64,000 nucleotides of DNA from an uncultured Ruminococcus sp. (GCA_964384555.1 CAYLLA010000001.1:6286-70285), one strand, 5' to 3'; shown: positions 1 through 10,040, counted from the first letter of the stretch. Notes: generated by a model not told the origin, from the sequence alone. Program-made: numbers and translations.

Positions 1-143
1 ATGTTCTCCCCGTAGTACTCATCCTTTGGCGCTTCACTGTCATATCCGCCTTTTATGTGGTCGGATGATGTGCCTACAGCGCTGCAGGAGCAGAGGATGA
101 GCATGACCGTCGCCAGTATGAGGGCCGCAAGTTTCCTTTTCAT
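1..143 (-). CDS. putative lipoprotein, N-terminal fragment (gene runs off the window start)
   Basis: The reverse complement of 1-143 reads ATG AAA AGG AAA CTT..., giving MKRKLAALILATVMLILCSCSAVGTSSDHIKGG... This is a signal peptide with a Cys-containing lipobox-like LCSC. An AGGAGA Shine-Dalgarno lies about 10 nt upstream. It is absent from the ORF track because the window edge truncates it. Confidence 0.5.
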   Translation of the reverse strand, partial: MKRKLAALILATVMLILCSCSAVGTSSDHIKGGYDSEAPKDEYYGEN

Positions 144-188
144 GGTGGTGCATCTCCTTTTTTAATATTATTGGATCGTTTTCTTTTA

Positions 189-219
189 CACCTCAGCCGC
201 GCGCGAAGCGGCTGAGGTG
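189..219. terminator. perfect 12-bp stem-loop just downstream of valS (possible terminator or stabiliser)
   Basis: cacctcagccgc (189-200) pairs with gcggctgaggtg (208-219). In the minus-strand sense it is not followed by a clean U-tract. In the plus sense a T7 run follows at 230-236. Function is uncertain. Confidence 0.4.
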
Positions 220-234
220 CGGGGGGGCCTTTTT

Positions 235-2892
235 TTATTTCAGCTTTGCAAGGGCGGCCACGATGCCCGTAAGAGTTTCGCGATATTTTTCAAGCTTTGC
301 GCGTTCTCCCTCAACTACCGCCGCGGGAGCTTTTGCCACAAAGCCGGCATTGGCAAGCTTGCCGGAGAGGCGTGCTATCTCGCCCGTTATGCGCTTTTGT
401 TCGCCCTCAAGGCGTGCACGCTCCTTTGCGGTGTCGATAAGCTCGGAAAGCGGCAGATAGATCGTTGCCGAATCGGTAATGATCTGCGCGGCATCGTCTG
501 CGCTGATAGTGCCGGCAAAGCTTTCGGCTACATCGACCTCAGAGGCGGATGCAAGGCGTTCAAAGAAAGGATATGTCGCCTCGCCAAAGGCATCGAGATA
601 CTTGGTCTCAATGTATATCTTGGTCTTGCGCGAGGGCGCAACGTTCATCTCGGTGCGTCTTGCGCGTATGGCCTTGATGGCGGCAATAAGGCGCTCTGTC
701 TTTTCGGCCTCGTCGGAGAAGTCAAGTGCGGGGTCTGCCTTGGGATACTCGGCTATCATTATGCTCTCTGCATCGCCTGCGTGCGGCAGGGCAGAGTATA
801 TCTCCTCTGTGATAAAGGGCATAAAGGGATGGAGCAACTTGAGTATGCAGGTCAGCACGTAAGCCAGCACGCTTTGAGCGGTGCGGTTCTCTTCTGTGTC
901 CTTGTTGGCAAGGCGAGCCTTTGTAAGCTCAATGTACCAGTCGCAGTATACATCCCATGTAAAGTCGTAGATGGCAGAGAGCGCAACGCCCACCTCAAAT
1001 TTATCAAGCGAGGCATTGACGGCCGTGGCAAGCTCACCACAGCGGGTGAGTATCCACTTGTCCTCCGGCGCGAGCTTGTCGGCGGCGGGGAGCTTTACCG
1101 AGTCGATGGTCAGATTCATGCGAACGAAGCGCGAGGCGTTCCAAAGCTTGTTGGCAAAGTTACGCGCGGCCTCTATCTTCTCATCGGAGAAGCGCATGTC
1201 ATTTCCGGGGCTGTTACCGGTCACCAGCGCAAAGCGGAGGGCATCCGCGCCGTATTTATCGATTATCTCAAGCGGATCGATTCCGTTGCCGAGAGATTTT
1301 GACATCTTGCGTCCCTGTGCATCGCGCACAAGACCGTGAATGAATACATGCGAGAAGGGGCGCTCGCCCATAAATTCAAGACCCATAAATATCATCTTGG
1401 AGACCCAGAAGGTGATGATATCATAGCCTGTTACAAGCACGCTGGTGGGATAGTACTTTTTGAGCTCGTCGGTATTATCCGGCCAGCCGAGGGTGGTAAA
1501 GGGCCAAAGTGCGGAGGAGAACCATGTGTCAAGCACATCCTCGTCCTGCGTCATGTTGTGAGAGCCGCACTTGGGGCAGATGTGTACATCCTCCTCGGAT
1601 ACTATCATCTCGCCGCAGTCGGCGCAGTAGAATGCGGGAATGCGGTGACCCCACCAAAGCTGACGGGAGATGCACCAGTCGCGGATGTTCTCCATCCAGT
1701 TGAGATATATCTTTGAAAAACGCTCGGGAACATACTCAATGCTGCCGTCCTTTACCGCATCGATGGCGGGGGCGGCAAGCGGTTTCATTTTAACGAACCA
1801 CTGGCGGGATGCCACAGGCTCAAGCACTGTGCCGCAACGGTAGCAGTGTGCTACGTTGTGGGTGCATTTTTCCACCTTTTCAAGCAGACCGAGGGCATCA
1901 AGATCGGCAACTATCTGCCGCCTTGCCTCATAGCGGTCAAGACCCTGATACTTGCCGCCGTTCTCGTTGATGTGAGCGGTGTTATCAAGGACTATTATAT
2001 TCTCAAGGCCGTGGCGCAGACCTGTCTCATAGTCGTTGGGGTCGTGTGCGGGTGTGATCTTAACGCAGCCGGTACCAAACTCGCGGTCAACGTTCTCGTC
2101 GGCGATGACGGGTATCTCGCGGCCGACCAGCGGGAGGATAAGCGTTTTGCCGACAAGATCGGCATATCTTTCATCATCCGGGGCAACGGCAACGGCGGTG
2201 TCGCCAAGCATCGTTTCGGGTCGTGTGGTGGCAACCGTCACAAAACGACCCTCCTCACCCTTTATCGGGTATTTTATATGCCAAAATGCGCCCTCTATCT
2301 CCTTGTGCTCTACCTCTGCATCGGATATTACAGTGTTGCAGTGCGGGCAAACGTTGGTAATGCGCAGACCGCGGTAGATAAGTCCCTTATCGTAAAGCGA
2401 AACAAATACTCGTCTTACGGCGCGGGAGAGACTGTCGCTCATCGTAAAGGCCTCGCGGCTCCAGTCGCAGGATGAACCAAGCTTTTTAAGCTGGCTGATT
2501 ATACGGTTGCCGTATTGCTCCTTCCAAGCCCAAACGCGTTTTAAAAACTCCTCGCGGCCGAGGTCGTAGCGGGTAAGTCCCTCGTTTTTGCGGAGGTATT
2601 CCTCAACCTTTATCTGTGTGGCAATACCTGCGTGGTCGGTGCCGGGCACCCAAAGTGTGTTGTAGCCCTGCATGCGCTTTGCGCGGATGAGGATATCCTG
2701 CAGTGTTTCGTCAAGCGCGTGACCCATGTGCAGCTGCCCGGTTACATTGGGCGGCGGTATGACTATGCAGAAGGGCGGGCGCTCGTCATGCGGATCGGGC
2801 GTAAAGTAGCCGCGCTCCGACCACATGGCGTAGATCCTATCCTCAAAATCTTTCGGATCATAGATCTTGGGGAGCTCGTGATTTTGTTCCAT
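235..2892 (-). CDS. valS: valine--tRNA ligase
   Basis: 885 aa. Class I aaRS HIGH-type motif ([15 protein letters not shown]) and KMSKS motif ([10 protein letters not shown]). C-terminal coiled-coil tail. The T-box leader upstream carries a Val codon. Confidence 0.97.
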   Translation of the reverse strand: MEQNHELPKIYDPKDFEDRIYAMWSERGYFTPDPHDERPPFCIVIPPPNVTGQLHMGHALDETLQDILIRAKRMQGYNTLWVPGTDHAGIATQIKVEEYLRKNEGLTRYDLGREEFLKRVWAWKEQYGNRIISQLKKLGSSCDWSREAFTMSDSLSRAVRRVFVSLYDKGLIYRGLRITNVCPHCNTVISDAEVEHKEIEGAFWHIKYPIKGEEGRFVTVATTRPETMLGDTAVAVAPDDERYADLVGKTLILPLVGREIPVIADENVDREFGTGCVKITPAHDPNDYETGLRHGLENIIVLDNTAHINENGGKYQGLDRYEARRQIVADLDALGLLEKVEKCTHNVAHCYRCGTVLEPVASRQWFVKMKPLAAPAIDAVKDGSIEYVPERFSKIYLNWMENIRDWCISRQLWWGHRIPAFYCADCGEMIVSEEDVHICPKCGSHNMTQDEDVLDTWFSSALWPFTTLGWPDNTDELKKYYPTSVLVTGYDIITFWVSKMIFMGLEFMGERPFSHVFIHGLVRDAQGRKMSKSLGNGIDPLEIIDKYGADALRFALVTGNSPGNDMRFSDEKIEAARNFANKLWNASRFVRMNLTIDSVKLPAADKLAPEDKWILTRCGELATAVNASLDKFEVGVALSAIYDFTWDVYCDWYIELTKARLANKDTEENRTAQSVLAYVLTCILKLLHPFMPFITEEIYSALPHAGDAESIMIAEYPKADPALDFSDEAEKTERLIAAIKAIRARRTEMNVAPSRKTKIYIETKYLDAFGEATYPFFERLASASEVDVAESFAGTISADDAAQIITDSATIYLPLSELIDTAKERARLEGEQKRITGEIARLSGKLANAGFVAKAPAAVVEGERAKLEKYRETLTGIVAALAKLK

Positions 2893-3004
2893 TGTTTATT
2901 ATTTCCTTTCGATTGTTTGCTTTTTTGTTGTGGCGGGGGAGGGGACGACCTATGGATGGTGACGTTCCGCAAAGGCGAGGCGATTGGATGCTCGGAATTT
3001 CGTA

Positions 3005-3272
3005 AAAAACAAAAAAAGCCCCGCATCCGTATCAGGACGCAGGACGCGCGGTACCACCCGATTTTGCAGATCTGCCAACTGTGGCGGCTCTGCACTCTCA
3101 TCCCATAACGGCGGGCACCGCAGGGGGCTTACCCTAAAAAATGCGGCTCACCCTCCGCGCTCGCGGGCGACTTCGGCCGCCGTGCGCCGCAGACTTACAC
3201 CAACCGTCTGCTCTCTTTTGGCTCGCACAGCCTACTACTCCCGTTCACAGCGTTTTTTATATATACCTTTAT
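3005..3272 (-). promoter_or_regulatory. T-box riboswitch leader of valS (candidate specifier GUC, Val)
   Basis: In the minus-strand sense the leader contains AGAGAG and GGUUGGUGUAAG stem-I elements, GAA-GUC-G (GUC at 3169-3171), and the conserved T-box GGGTGGTACCGCG (3047-3059). These are followed by a terminator helix (about 3018-3056, overlapping the T-box) and U7 (3011-3017). Confidence 0.8.
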
Positions 3273-3278
3273 GCGGTT

Positions 3279-3307
3279 ATTATATCATGCCGCGCGGTAT
3301 TTGTCAA
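3279..3307 (-). promoter_or_regulatory. sigma-A type promoter of the valS leader
   Basis: Minus-strand sense: TTGACA (3302-3307), 17-nt spacer, TATAAT (3279-3284) with an extended -10 TGa. Confidence 0.6.
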
Positions 3308-3331
3308 TACCCGCCCTTTGATTTTTGGCAA

Positions 3332-3359
3332 CAAAAAAGCACCTGCCTTGACAGGTGCT
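3332..3359 (-). terminator. intrinsic terminator after tRNA-Thr
   Basis: agcacctg (3338-3345) pairs with caggtgct (3352-3359). A U-tract follows in the minus-strand sense (plus-strand A run 3333-3338). Confidence 0.7.
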
Positions 3360-3362
3360 TTG

Positions 3363-3438
3363 TGGAGCTGCTAGTCAGAATCGAACTGACGACCTCATCC
3401 TTACCAAGGATGTGCTCTACCGACTGAGCCATAGCAGC
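3363..3438 (-). tRNA. tRNA-Thr (anticodon GGU), CCA encoded
   Basis: The reverse complement is GCTGCTATGGCTCAGTCGGTAGAGCACATCCTTGGTAAGGATGAGGTCGTCAGTTCGATTCTGACTAGCAGCTCCA. It shows a cloverleaf with a 7-bp acceptor stem, a TTCGATT T-loop, and the anticodon loop tTGGTAa. Confidence 0.95.
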
Positions 3439-3557
3439 GGACCCAACGTTAGATATTATAGCAGATTCGCCCCGCTTTGTCAATACCTTTTTTGAATTTT
3501 TTTGAGTTTTTCTGATATTTTATCGGGGCTATCTGCCATCTTATATGAAATAAACTA

Positions 3558-4301
3558 TTATGATCCCAAAATAATGTATTTTCCTATCGCCAAACATTCG
3601 CGCAAAAGGCTTGGCAGCCAAAAACTCGGCAGGGTGGAGCTATGCAGATGCGTGATCCCGTCAAGTCCGCAATCGGAGGCAATAAGCCCCGCACGAAAGA
3701 TATGGTACTCACTCGTTACAAATGCCGCCTTGGCATTACTGCCGGATCTTTGCTCTATCAGCTCTCGCGAGTTTTTAAAATTCTCGTAGGTGCTGGTCGC
3801 CGCCTCCTCACGCAGGATGCGATCCTCCTCGATCCCATGACTTATCAGATATTCCGCCATCGCCTCAGCCTCGGTAATGTCCTCCTGCGGCCCCTGCCCG
3901 CCGCTGACGACCACATATGCATCCTCATGCTCCGCAAGGTATGCCGCCGCGGCATCAAGCCGAGCGCGAAGTGCGCGGCTGGGAGTCCTGCCGTGCACGC
4001 CCGCACCAAGCACTATCAGGGCATCCTCACCGCCATCAGCAGTGTCAATACTGCCGTATATCATCAAAAAGGCGGATACCGCCACAAAAAGCGAAATGCC
4101 TGCAAAAAATATTACCCGAAGCCATGCGGGGAGTGCCGCCGCGTGACCAAAAAATATGCCGATGATGAGCAGAACTATCCCTAAAAGGATCGTAAGCAGT
4201 ACGCCGGAATTAAAATTGGATGTTACTGCCGCCGCCGCGCCGTTGAGCGTTATTATCGCGCCGAGTATTAAAAATATCATTCTTGGAAGTTGGTTTTTCA
4301 T
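3558..4301 (-). CDS. YdcF/ElyC-like DUF218 membrane protein
   Basis: The start is set at the internal ATG at 4301 (MKNQLPRMIFLILG...) with a GGAGGG RBS. It has four N-terminal TM-like segments followed by the DUF218 pattern (ALIVLGAGVHGRTPS...VVVSGGQGPQEDITEAEAM...TSEYHIFRA). The 111 codons upstream in the track ORF are Arg/Cys-rich and overlap the next gene. Confidence 0.75.
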   Translation of the reverse strand: MKNQLPRMIFLILGAIITLNGAAAAVTSNFNSGVLLTILLGIVLLIIGIFFGHAAALPAWLRVIFFAGISLFVAVSAFLMIYGSIDTADGGEDALIVLGAGVHGRTPSRALRARLDAAAAYLAEHEDAYVVVSGGQGPQEDITEAEAMAEYLISHGIEEDRILREEAATSTYENFKNSRELIEQRSGSNAKAAFVTSEYHIFRAGLIASDCGLDGITHLHSSTLPSFWLPSLLRECLAIGKYIILGS

Positions 4302-4342
4302 TTTGTTTTGTTCCCTCCGAAAAATATTGCAAAAGCTTGCGG

Positions 4343-5473
4343 TCACATACCTGCCCCAAGAACATCCCGCACGGCGATGGGAGCGAGCCTCTCCAAAAGC
4401 TCTGCGGCATGCCGTATTGAATATTCCGTGTCCTCCGTCAGCTCGGCGAGGGTGCGAACGGCGCTGAGTCCCGGCAGTCTTGCATCCTCGCTGTCCCCAA
4501 CAAATCGTCCCGCCAATGCCAACACCGGCACGCCGCGCGCGTCGGCACGAGAGGCCACACCGCTTATTGCCTTGCCACAGCCTGTTTGCGCATCTATCTG
4601 CCCCTCGCCGGTCACCACAAGGGCGGCATCGCACAGGAGCGCATCAAATGAGAGCGCATCAAGCACGGCATCTATTCCGGGCGTGACGCGTGCGCCGAAT
4701 ATGCTTATCAGCGGGTAGGGAATGCCCCCGCCCGCACCTGCGCCCGACGCGTGTCGTGCATCTGCGCCGAGTGTTGCCGCAAGGATATCCGCATAGCTTT
4801 GCATCCCGCCATCAAGCCAGGCGACCTCTCCCGTCTCCGCGCCCTTTTGCGGGCCGTAGACATATGTAGCACCCGTCCGTCCGAGCAGAGGATTTTTAAC
4901 ATCGCACGCTATGGTGATCTCGGTGTCATAAAGGCGCCTGTCAAGCCCCGAAATATCGATTTTTGCAATGCTTGCAAGCTCGCCCGCGCGAATGCCGCGC
5001 ATGCGCCTGCTCTCGGTGTCGTAAAATGCGGCGCCGAGAGCCTCAAGCATGCCCACACCGCCGTCGTTTGAGCCTGTGCCGCCAACGGTCAGCAGAATGC
5101 TCCGGTGGCCGCCATCCAGCGCGGCGGTAATCAGTTGCCCCACACCATAGCTTGTGGAGCGCGAAAGGCGGCGTTTCGAGGGTGGTGTAAGCTCCAGCCC
5201 CACCGCGCGAGCCGACTCTATAACGGCTGTCCCGCCAAGCACGCCAAACTCCGCGCGTATCGGTGCGAGATAGGTATTTAGGATGTCGGCGCAGGATCTC
5301 TCCTGCTGTGGAACGATCGCATCAAGCGTTCCCTCGCCGCCGTCTGCAATGGGCAGCTTTTTAATTATATAGTCGGGGCATGCCGCGGATATGCCCCGCG
5401 CTATGGCCTCTGCCGCATCAGCGGCGGATATGCTCCCCTTAAAAGAATCGGGAGCTATTATGATACTTTTCAT
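4343..5473 (-). CDS. glycerate kinase
   Basis: 376 aa. The N-terminus MKSIIIAPDSFKGSISAADAAEAIARGI...PIADGGEGTLDAI is typical of the GlxK/GarK family. Confidence 0.9.
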   Translation of the reverse strand: MKSIIIAPDSFKGSISAADAAEAIARGISAACPDYIIKKLPIADGGEGTLDAIVPQQERSCADILNTYLAPIRAEFGVLGGTAVIESARAVGLELTPPSKRRLSRSTSYGVGQLITAALDGGHRSILLTVGGTGSNDGGVGMLEALGAAFYDTESRRMRGIRAGELASIAKIDISGLDRRLYDTEITIACDVKNPLLGRTGATYVYGPQKGAETGEVAWLDGGMQSYADILAATLGADARHASGAGAGGGIPYPLISIFGARVTPGIDAVLDALSFDALLCDAALVVTGEGQIDAQTGCGKAISGVASRADARGVPVLALAGRFVGDSEDARLPGLSAVRTLAELTEDTEYSIRHAAELLERLAPIAVRDVLGAGM

Positions 5474-5566
5474 TTTTCAGTCCGATGCAGATAATTAATT
5501 ATAATAATAGTATATCACGTTGCGGCGGATTTTTCAATACTTAAGTTTTTATGATGTGATGCAAGA

Positions 5567-5595
5567 CAAAAAAAGGGACTGCGCGGGGCAGTCCC
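5567..5595 (-). terminator. intrinsic terminator after the fused ABC gene
   Basis: gggactgc (5575-5582) pairs with gcagtccc (5588-5595). A U8 tract follows in the minus-strand sense (plus-strand A run 5567-5574). Confidence 0.75.
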
Positions 5596-5619
5596 TTGAA
5601 TATGATCTTTTGTTGGCGA

Positions 5620-8316
5620 TCATTCGGTACGCAGAGCGATGACCGGGTCCTTTTTCGCCGCCAAGCGAGAGGGGAGAAGCCCTGCTATCAGGGTCATGAG
5701 GATGCTGACAACGATAAGACCTATCGATCCGCCAAGCGGCAGTGCCGCACCGATATTATCCATACCGGAGAAGTGGTGTATTGCGATATTCGTCGGTATC
5801 AACAAGAGCAGTGTGATGCCGATTCCGATCAGGCCGGAAACACTGCCCACAATAAAGGTCTCGGCATTGAAAACTCTTGATACATCCTGCTTTGATGCAC
5901 CCATGGCGCGGAGTATACCTATCTCCTTGGTGCGCTCAAGCACAGAGATGTAGGTGATGATGCCGATCATTATCGAGGAGACAACAAGGGATATCGCAAC
6001 AAAGGCGATAAGTATTCCGGAGATGACATCGATAACTGTGGTGATGGAGGACATAAGCAGCTTTACATAATCAGTGTATTTTATAGTCATGTCACTGTCG
6101 CCGCGCGCCTCTGCCTCGGCATTGTAGGCCTCGATGAGCGCCGCTATCTCGTCCTTGTCGCTAAAGGTCTTGGCGTAGATGCTGATGGTCTTTGGCGAGT
6201 CAAGATCCGCCCGCCCGAGCTTTTTGAGGTTGCCCTCAAAGGTCGCATCGGTGGTGGGGATATACTGTTTGAACATGGCTATCACCTGCTCATCCGTCAT
6301 TGTGGTGATATAGCCCTCAAGTTGTGTGCGTTGGTCATCGGGGAGGGTGGCAATGTAGGCGCGAACGTCATCTATCGTCACACCCGAGCCGTCGTTGCGG
6401 GAGAAGGGAATACCTGTGAGGATATCGGTATCGGGGTCGGCCAGCTGTGCCTTTATGACCTCGCTCTCCTCGGTGAGGCGGATGTACTCGCGTGTGAGCG
6501 CCGAGGTGTAGACCACAGAGCCGCCGATGGAGGAGGCCACCGCCTCGTCACTGGGGCGGATGATGCCGACTACCTTTATCGTGATGCCACGCTCACCAAG
6601 GAGAGCTTCAAGCTTATCCGGGTCGCGCGCTTCATTTGTGTTGCCAAGGTCGCCAACGTTCTCCCAGCAGCCGCTCGTCTCATTGTAGGTGTAGCCGTCG
6701 GGAGTTGTCAGCATTGTAAATTCAAGGTTCAAAAGATCATCATAGCTGTATACGGTATCATCCGTCTCAAGCGTTTCGCCGCGCATGAGCTTGTCAAACA
6801 GCTCGCTCGCCTCTGATTGATCCTTGATGCCGAGTGTGTAGAGCACAAGGTCGCTTATCGAGTTGTTTTTGTCAACAACTATCATTACCTCGTTGTAGTT
6901 CTCCGGCCAATGACCCGCAATGCAGTCATATTGCGCGTGCATCAGCTCCTCGTCATCTATCATCTCCTCCCATACATTCATTCTGTACATGGAGGATGCC
7001 ATACTGCTTATCTCCTGCGTCATCGACATGCCGCCGGAGGACATCATCTCCGCTATCAGCGGGCTGGGGTTTACCTGTATCAGCCCGGACGGCGTGCCGG
7101 AGCGGTAGATATTGAGGTCGATATCATATGTGTATTTTACAGATGAAACGTACTTCGAAAATTCGCTGTTCGGGTCGTTAAGCACGTGCTTAAAGGCCAC
7201 AAGGTCATTTGAGCGTATCTCGGAGAGCATGGTGTTTACAAGCTCGGTGTAGATATTGTTCGTGTATATCTTTCCATCCTCATGCTCAACATCGCTGCCG
7301 GAGCGGTTGCCCCTTATCGAGGAGATAAGGCTGGTCATATCAACGCTTTCCGCCTCTATCGTTATCGGGTAGGAGGAGAGGGTGTCCTCCTGCATGCGTG
7401 AGATGTAGGCTTGCACTCCCGTTTGCAGAGAAAGTATCAGCGCAATGCCGATTATGCCTATACTGCCCGCAAAGGACGTAAGCAGTGTGCGCGCCTTTTT
7501 GGTCATCAGGTTATTGAGGGAGAGCGAAAGGGCGGTGGTAAAGGACATGGATGTCTTTCCGCCGTGGCGCGCGCTCTTTTTGGCAATGCTCTCGGCGCGT
7601 TTTTTGTCGGATGCCGCTTTTTCCTCGTCGGACGGCGTGTAGGGATCCGAGTCGTCTATCATCTGTCCGTCAAGCAGACGAACAAGACGGGTGGAATACT
7701 TTTCGGCAAGCTCGGGGTTGTGGGTCACCATTATAACGAGCCTGTCTCGCGCGACCTCCTTGAGTATCTCCATTACCTGAACGCTCGTCTCTGAGTCAAG
7801 CGCACCTGTAGGCTCATCCGCCAGCAGTATATCCGGGTCGTTTACCAGCGCACGCGCTATCGCCACACGCTGCATCTGACCGCCCGACATTTGGTTGGGC
7901 TTTTTGTGGAGCTGATCCCCAAGTCCCACGCGCTCAAGCACTTCCTTGGCGCGGCGGCGGCGCTCTGCGCGGTCAACACCGGAGATGGTCAGCGCCAGCT
8001 CTACATTTGACAGCACCGACTGGTGCGGTATCAGATTGTAGCTTTGAAAAACAAAGCCAACCGAGTGGTTTCTGTAGCCGTCCCACTCGCGGTCGGAAAA
8101 TGAATCGGTGGGCTTGCCGTTTATCTCAAGCTGTCCCGATGTGTATCTGTCAAGTCCGCCGATGATGTTAAGCAGTGTGGTCTTACCGCAGCCGGACGGA
8201 CCAAGCACCGATACGAATTCGCTGTCCCGAAAGGAGAGGGACAGCCCCTTCAGCGCCTCCACGGTCGTGTCTCCCGTGGTGTAGCTCTTTCTTATGTCTT
8301 TTAGTGTGAGCATCAA
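5620..8316 (-). CDS. MacB-type ABC transporter, ATPase fused to FtsX permease in one polypeptide
   Basis: 898 aa. The N-terminal part has Walker A GPSGCGKTT, signature MSGGQMQRVAIARAL and Walker B ILLADEPTGALD. This is followed by a TM segment, an extracytoplasmic domain of about 450 aa, and a C-terminal FtsX-type 3-TM bundle (ERTKEIGILRAMGASK). Confidence 0.9.
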   Translation of the reverse strand: MMLTLKDIRKSYTTGDTTVEALKGLSLSFRDSEFVSVLGPSGCGKTTLLNIIGGLDRYTSGQLEINGKPTDSFSDREWDGYRNHSVGFVFQSYNLIPHQSVLSNVELALTISGVDRAERRRRAKEVLERVGLGDQLHKKPNQMSGGQMQRVAIARALVNDPDILLADEPTGALDSETSVQVMEILKEVARDRLVIMVTHNPELAEKYSTRLVRLLDGQMIDDSDPYTPSDEEKAASDKKRAESIAKKSARHGGKTSMSFTTALSLSLNNLMTKKARTLLTSFAGSIGIIGIALILSLQTGVQAYISRMQEDTLSSYPITIEAESVDMTSLISSIRGNRSGSDVEHEDGKIYTNNIYTELVNTMLSEIRSNDLVAFKHVLNDPNSEFSKYVSSVKYTYDIDLNIYRSGTPSGLIQVNPSPLIAEMMSSGGMSMTQEISSMASSMYRMNVWEEMIDDEELMHAQYDCIAGHWPENYNEVMIVVDKNNSISDLVLYTLGIKDQSEASELFDKLMRGETLETDDTVYSYDDLLNLEFTMLTTPDGYTYNETSGCWENVGDLGNTNEARDPDKLEALLGERGITIKVVGIIRPSDEAVASSIGGSVVYTSALTREYIRLTEESEVIKAQLADPDTDILTGIPFSRNDGSGVTIDDVRAYIATLPDDQRTQLEGYITTMTDEQVIAMFKQYIPTTDATFEGNLKKLGRADLDSPKTISIYAKTFSDKDEIAALIEAYNAEAEARGDSDMTIKYTDYVKLLMSSITTVIDVISGILIAFVAISLVVSSIMIGIITYISVLERTKEIGILRAMGASKQDVSRVFNAETFIVGSVSGLIGIGITLLLLIPTNIAIHHFSGMDNIGAALPLGGSIGLIVVSILMTLIAGLLPSRLAAKKDPVIALRTE

Positions 8317-8577
8317 TACCTCCGTTATTGTAATGCTATGTTTTTTATTTTTTTCTACAAATTAATTACCTAAATATGCGGTCAAAGCCCGGCCGTCGAT
8401 CTCTCCCGCCGCACGCCGCGATGGATGGATATGAAGATGCAGAATATAATACAAAATAAATTCTAACATCGAAATGTTGCAATTGTATTTACCGCATATT
8501 AAATCAGATATTCTATTTTTAAAATAATTACACTGCGCCGCGGCAAGCTCTCGCGTGCGGCCGATATATAAATATAA

Positions 8578-8607
8578 GCATGACCCTGCGCGGGCGCGGG
8601 GTCATGC
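8578..8607 (-). terminator. stem-loop terminator after the THUMP methyltransferase gene
   Basis: gcatgaccc (8578-8586) pairs with gggtcatgc (8599-8607). T/A-rich sequence flanks both sides. Confidence 0.6.
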
Positions 8608-8628
8608 TTTTGTTAAATATATCGGATA

Positions 8629-9774
8629 TCAAAGCTTGGCAGGGGTCTTTTTAAAGAACTGATAAAGTCGGCAGGGGATCATGCCGTTGTAAAGCTTGCG
8701 CACGGCATCGGCGCGGCGACCGTAAAGCTCCTCAAAATACTCGCAGGAGGTCAAAACATATACCTGCCACGGCTCCATGGCTCTAAAGGTTCGCCCCATG
8801 GCGCGGTAAAGTATCTCCGCATCGCGCATCGAGAGCATTCGCTCGCCGTAGGGCGGGTTGCATATCAGCGTGCCGCGGCAGTCCGGCTTTTTGATCTTTG
8901 TGGCATCCGCCTCAAAAAAGTCGATGTATTTTGAAACGCCCGCGCGGCGAGCGTTTGCTCTCGCTGTCTCGATGGCGGCGGGATCTATATCCGATCCGCG
9001 GGCGTGGAAATCGGTGTCGTGCACGGCGGCCTCCGCCTCATCCCGTGCCGTCTCCCAAATATCGGCGGGCAGGCAGGCAAGAGCCTCTCCCGCAAAGGAG
9101 CGAAAAAGCCCCGGGGCGCGATCGGTCATTATCATAGCTGCTTCGATAGCTATCGTACCGGAGCCGCAAAAGGGATCCCAAAGCATTGTGTCCTCGCGCA
9201 GGCGGGAGGTCAGCACCAGCGCGGCGGCCAATGTCTCGCGCAGAGGCGCGGCATTCGCCTCCGGGCGGTAGCCGCGCTTATGCAGGGCAACACCTGAGGT
9301 GTCTATCATTATCGATGCGTTATCTTTAAATATGAAAAATTCCATTTGATACTTAACACCGCTCTCCGGCATGCGCAAAAGACCGTATTTTTGCCCCAGC
9401 CTGTCGGCGGCCGCCTTTTTGATTATCCTCTGGCAGTCGGGGATTGATGTCAGGCGGCTCTTTATCGAATGCCCCTTGACGGGGAAGGCATCCTCTGCCC
9501 CAATAAAGTCCTCAAGCGGCAGTGCGCGCACGCCCTCATATAGCTCATCAAAGCTTGGGGCGGGAAAGTTGCCAAGCAGAATGTAAACTCGCTCGGCACA
9601 GCGCAGCCCGATATTTGCGCGCGCGCAGTCAAGCGGCGTGCCGGTAAAGGTCACGCGGCCATCCATAGTGGATATGCGCCGCAGTCCCAGCGCATCTATC
9701 TCCGCGCCGAGGAGTCGCTCAAGGCCGAAAAGGCAGGTGGCGACATATGTAAGGGTCGTATGTTCGGATGTCAT
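8629..9774 (-). CDS. THUMP-domain class I SAM-dependent RNA methyltransferase (RlmL/YpsC-like)
   Basis: 381 aa. N-terminal ferredoxin-like/THUMP region, SAM-binding DPFCGSGTIAIEA motif and NPPYGER catalytic motif. Confidence 0.85.
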   Translation of the reverse strand: MTSEHTTLTYVATCLFGLERLLGAEIDALGLRRISTMDGRVTFTGTPLDCARANIGLRCAERVYILLGNFPAPSFDELYEGVRALPLEDFIGAEDAFPVKGHSIKSRLTSIPDCQRIIKKAAADRLGQKYGLLRMPESGVKYQMEFFIFKDNASIMIDTSGVALHKRGYRPEANAAPLRETLAAALVLTSRLREDTMLWDPFCGSGTIAIEAAMIMTDRAPGLFRSFAGEALACLPADIWETARDEAEAAVHDTDFHARGSDIDPAAIETARANARRAGVSKYIDFFEADATKIKKPDCRGTLICNPPYGERMLSMRDAEILYRAMGRTFRAMEPWQVYVLTSCEYFEELYGRRADAVRKLYNGMIPCRLYQFFKKTPAKL

Positions 9775-9971
9775 TTATGGCTCCATTCCGCCGCCCGAGT
9801 GGGGGACGGCAAGATCGATCTTTATGTGAATAATACAAATTGAATACCACTATTATATCACATCGCGGCCGAAAATGCAACCGCCCGCCGCCTTTTGCGG
9901 AGCTGTTGTGAAAAATGCAGCGTGTAAGATAAAAAAATATCGTTTTTTTATCATTTTATCACAAAAATATA

Positions 9972-10000
9972 TTGACAACTCGCAAAAAATGTGATAACAT
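9972..10000 (+). promoter_or_regulatory. candidate promoter of the lipoprotein gene
   Basis: TTGACA (9972-9977), 17-nt spacer, TAACAT (9995-10000) preceded by TGa. Confidence 0.45.
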
Positions 10001-10040
10001 AATTATACAAACTTATTTTCGGAAAGGAAATCGATCCACC

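Noticed and set aside
217-1302. A long ORF of 361 aa antisense to valS. Similar ORFs in the track include 11896-13116(-), 25567-26382(-), 28930-29625(-), 32689-33666(-), 36882-38612(-), 54116-54934(+) and 57194-57772(+).
   Set aside because: Each one lies entirely opposite a gene with clear family motifs. Their translations are Arg/Cys/Gly/His-rich with no motifs, as expected for shadow ORFs in high-GC DNA where stop codons are rare.
4302-4634. A 111-codon N-terminal extension of the DUF218 ORF in the track (MRCRPCGDRRG...).
   Set aside because: The extension overlaps the 3' end of the glycerate kinase gene and is compositionally odd. A good RBS+ATG at 4301 starts the hydrophobic N-terminus typical of the family.
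8376-8459. A small 27-codon ORF (MRSKPGRRSLPPHAAMDGYEDAEYNTK) in the long leader upstream of the fused ABC gene.
   Set aside because: It has no RBS and is on the opposite strand to the neighbouring genes. Its composition is consistent with chance.
9956-9997. An 8-bp inverted repeat TTATCACA...TGTGATAA flanking the -35 box of the lipoprotein promoter.
   Set aside because: An 8-bp repeat with a 26-nt spacer in an AT-rich region is within chance expectation. It matches no known operator consensus that I can name with confidence.
9972-10040. An upstream start (TTG, MTTRKKCDN...) for the lipoprotein ORF.
   Set aside because: That region contains the predicted promoter (9972-10000). ATG 10041 has an RBS and yields a canonical signal peptide and lipobox.
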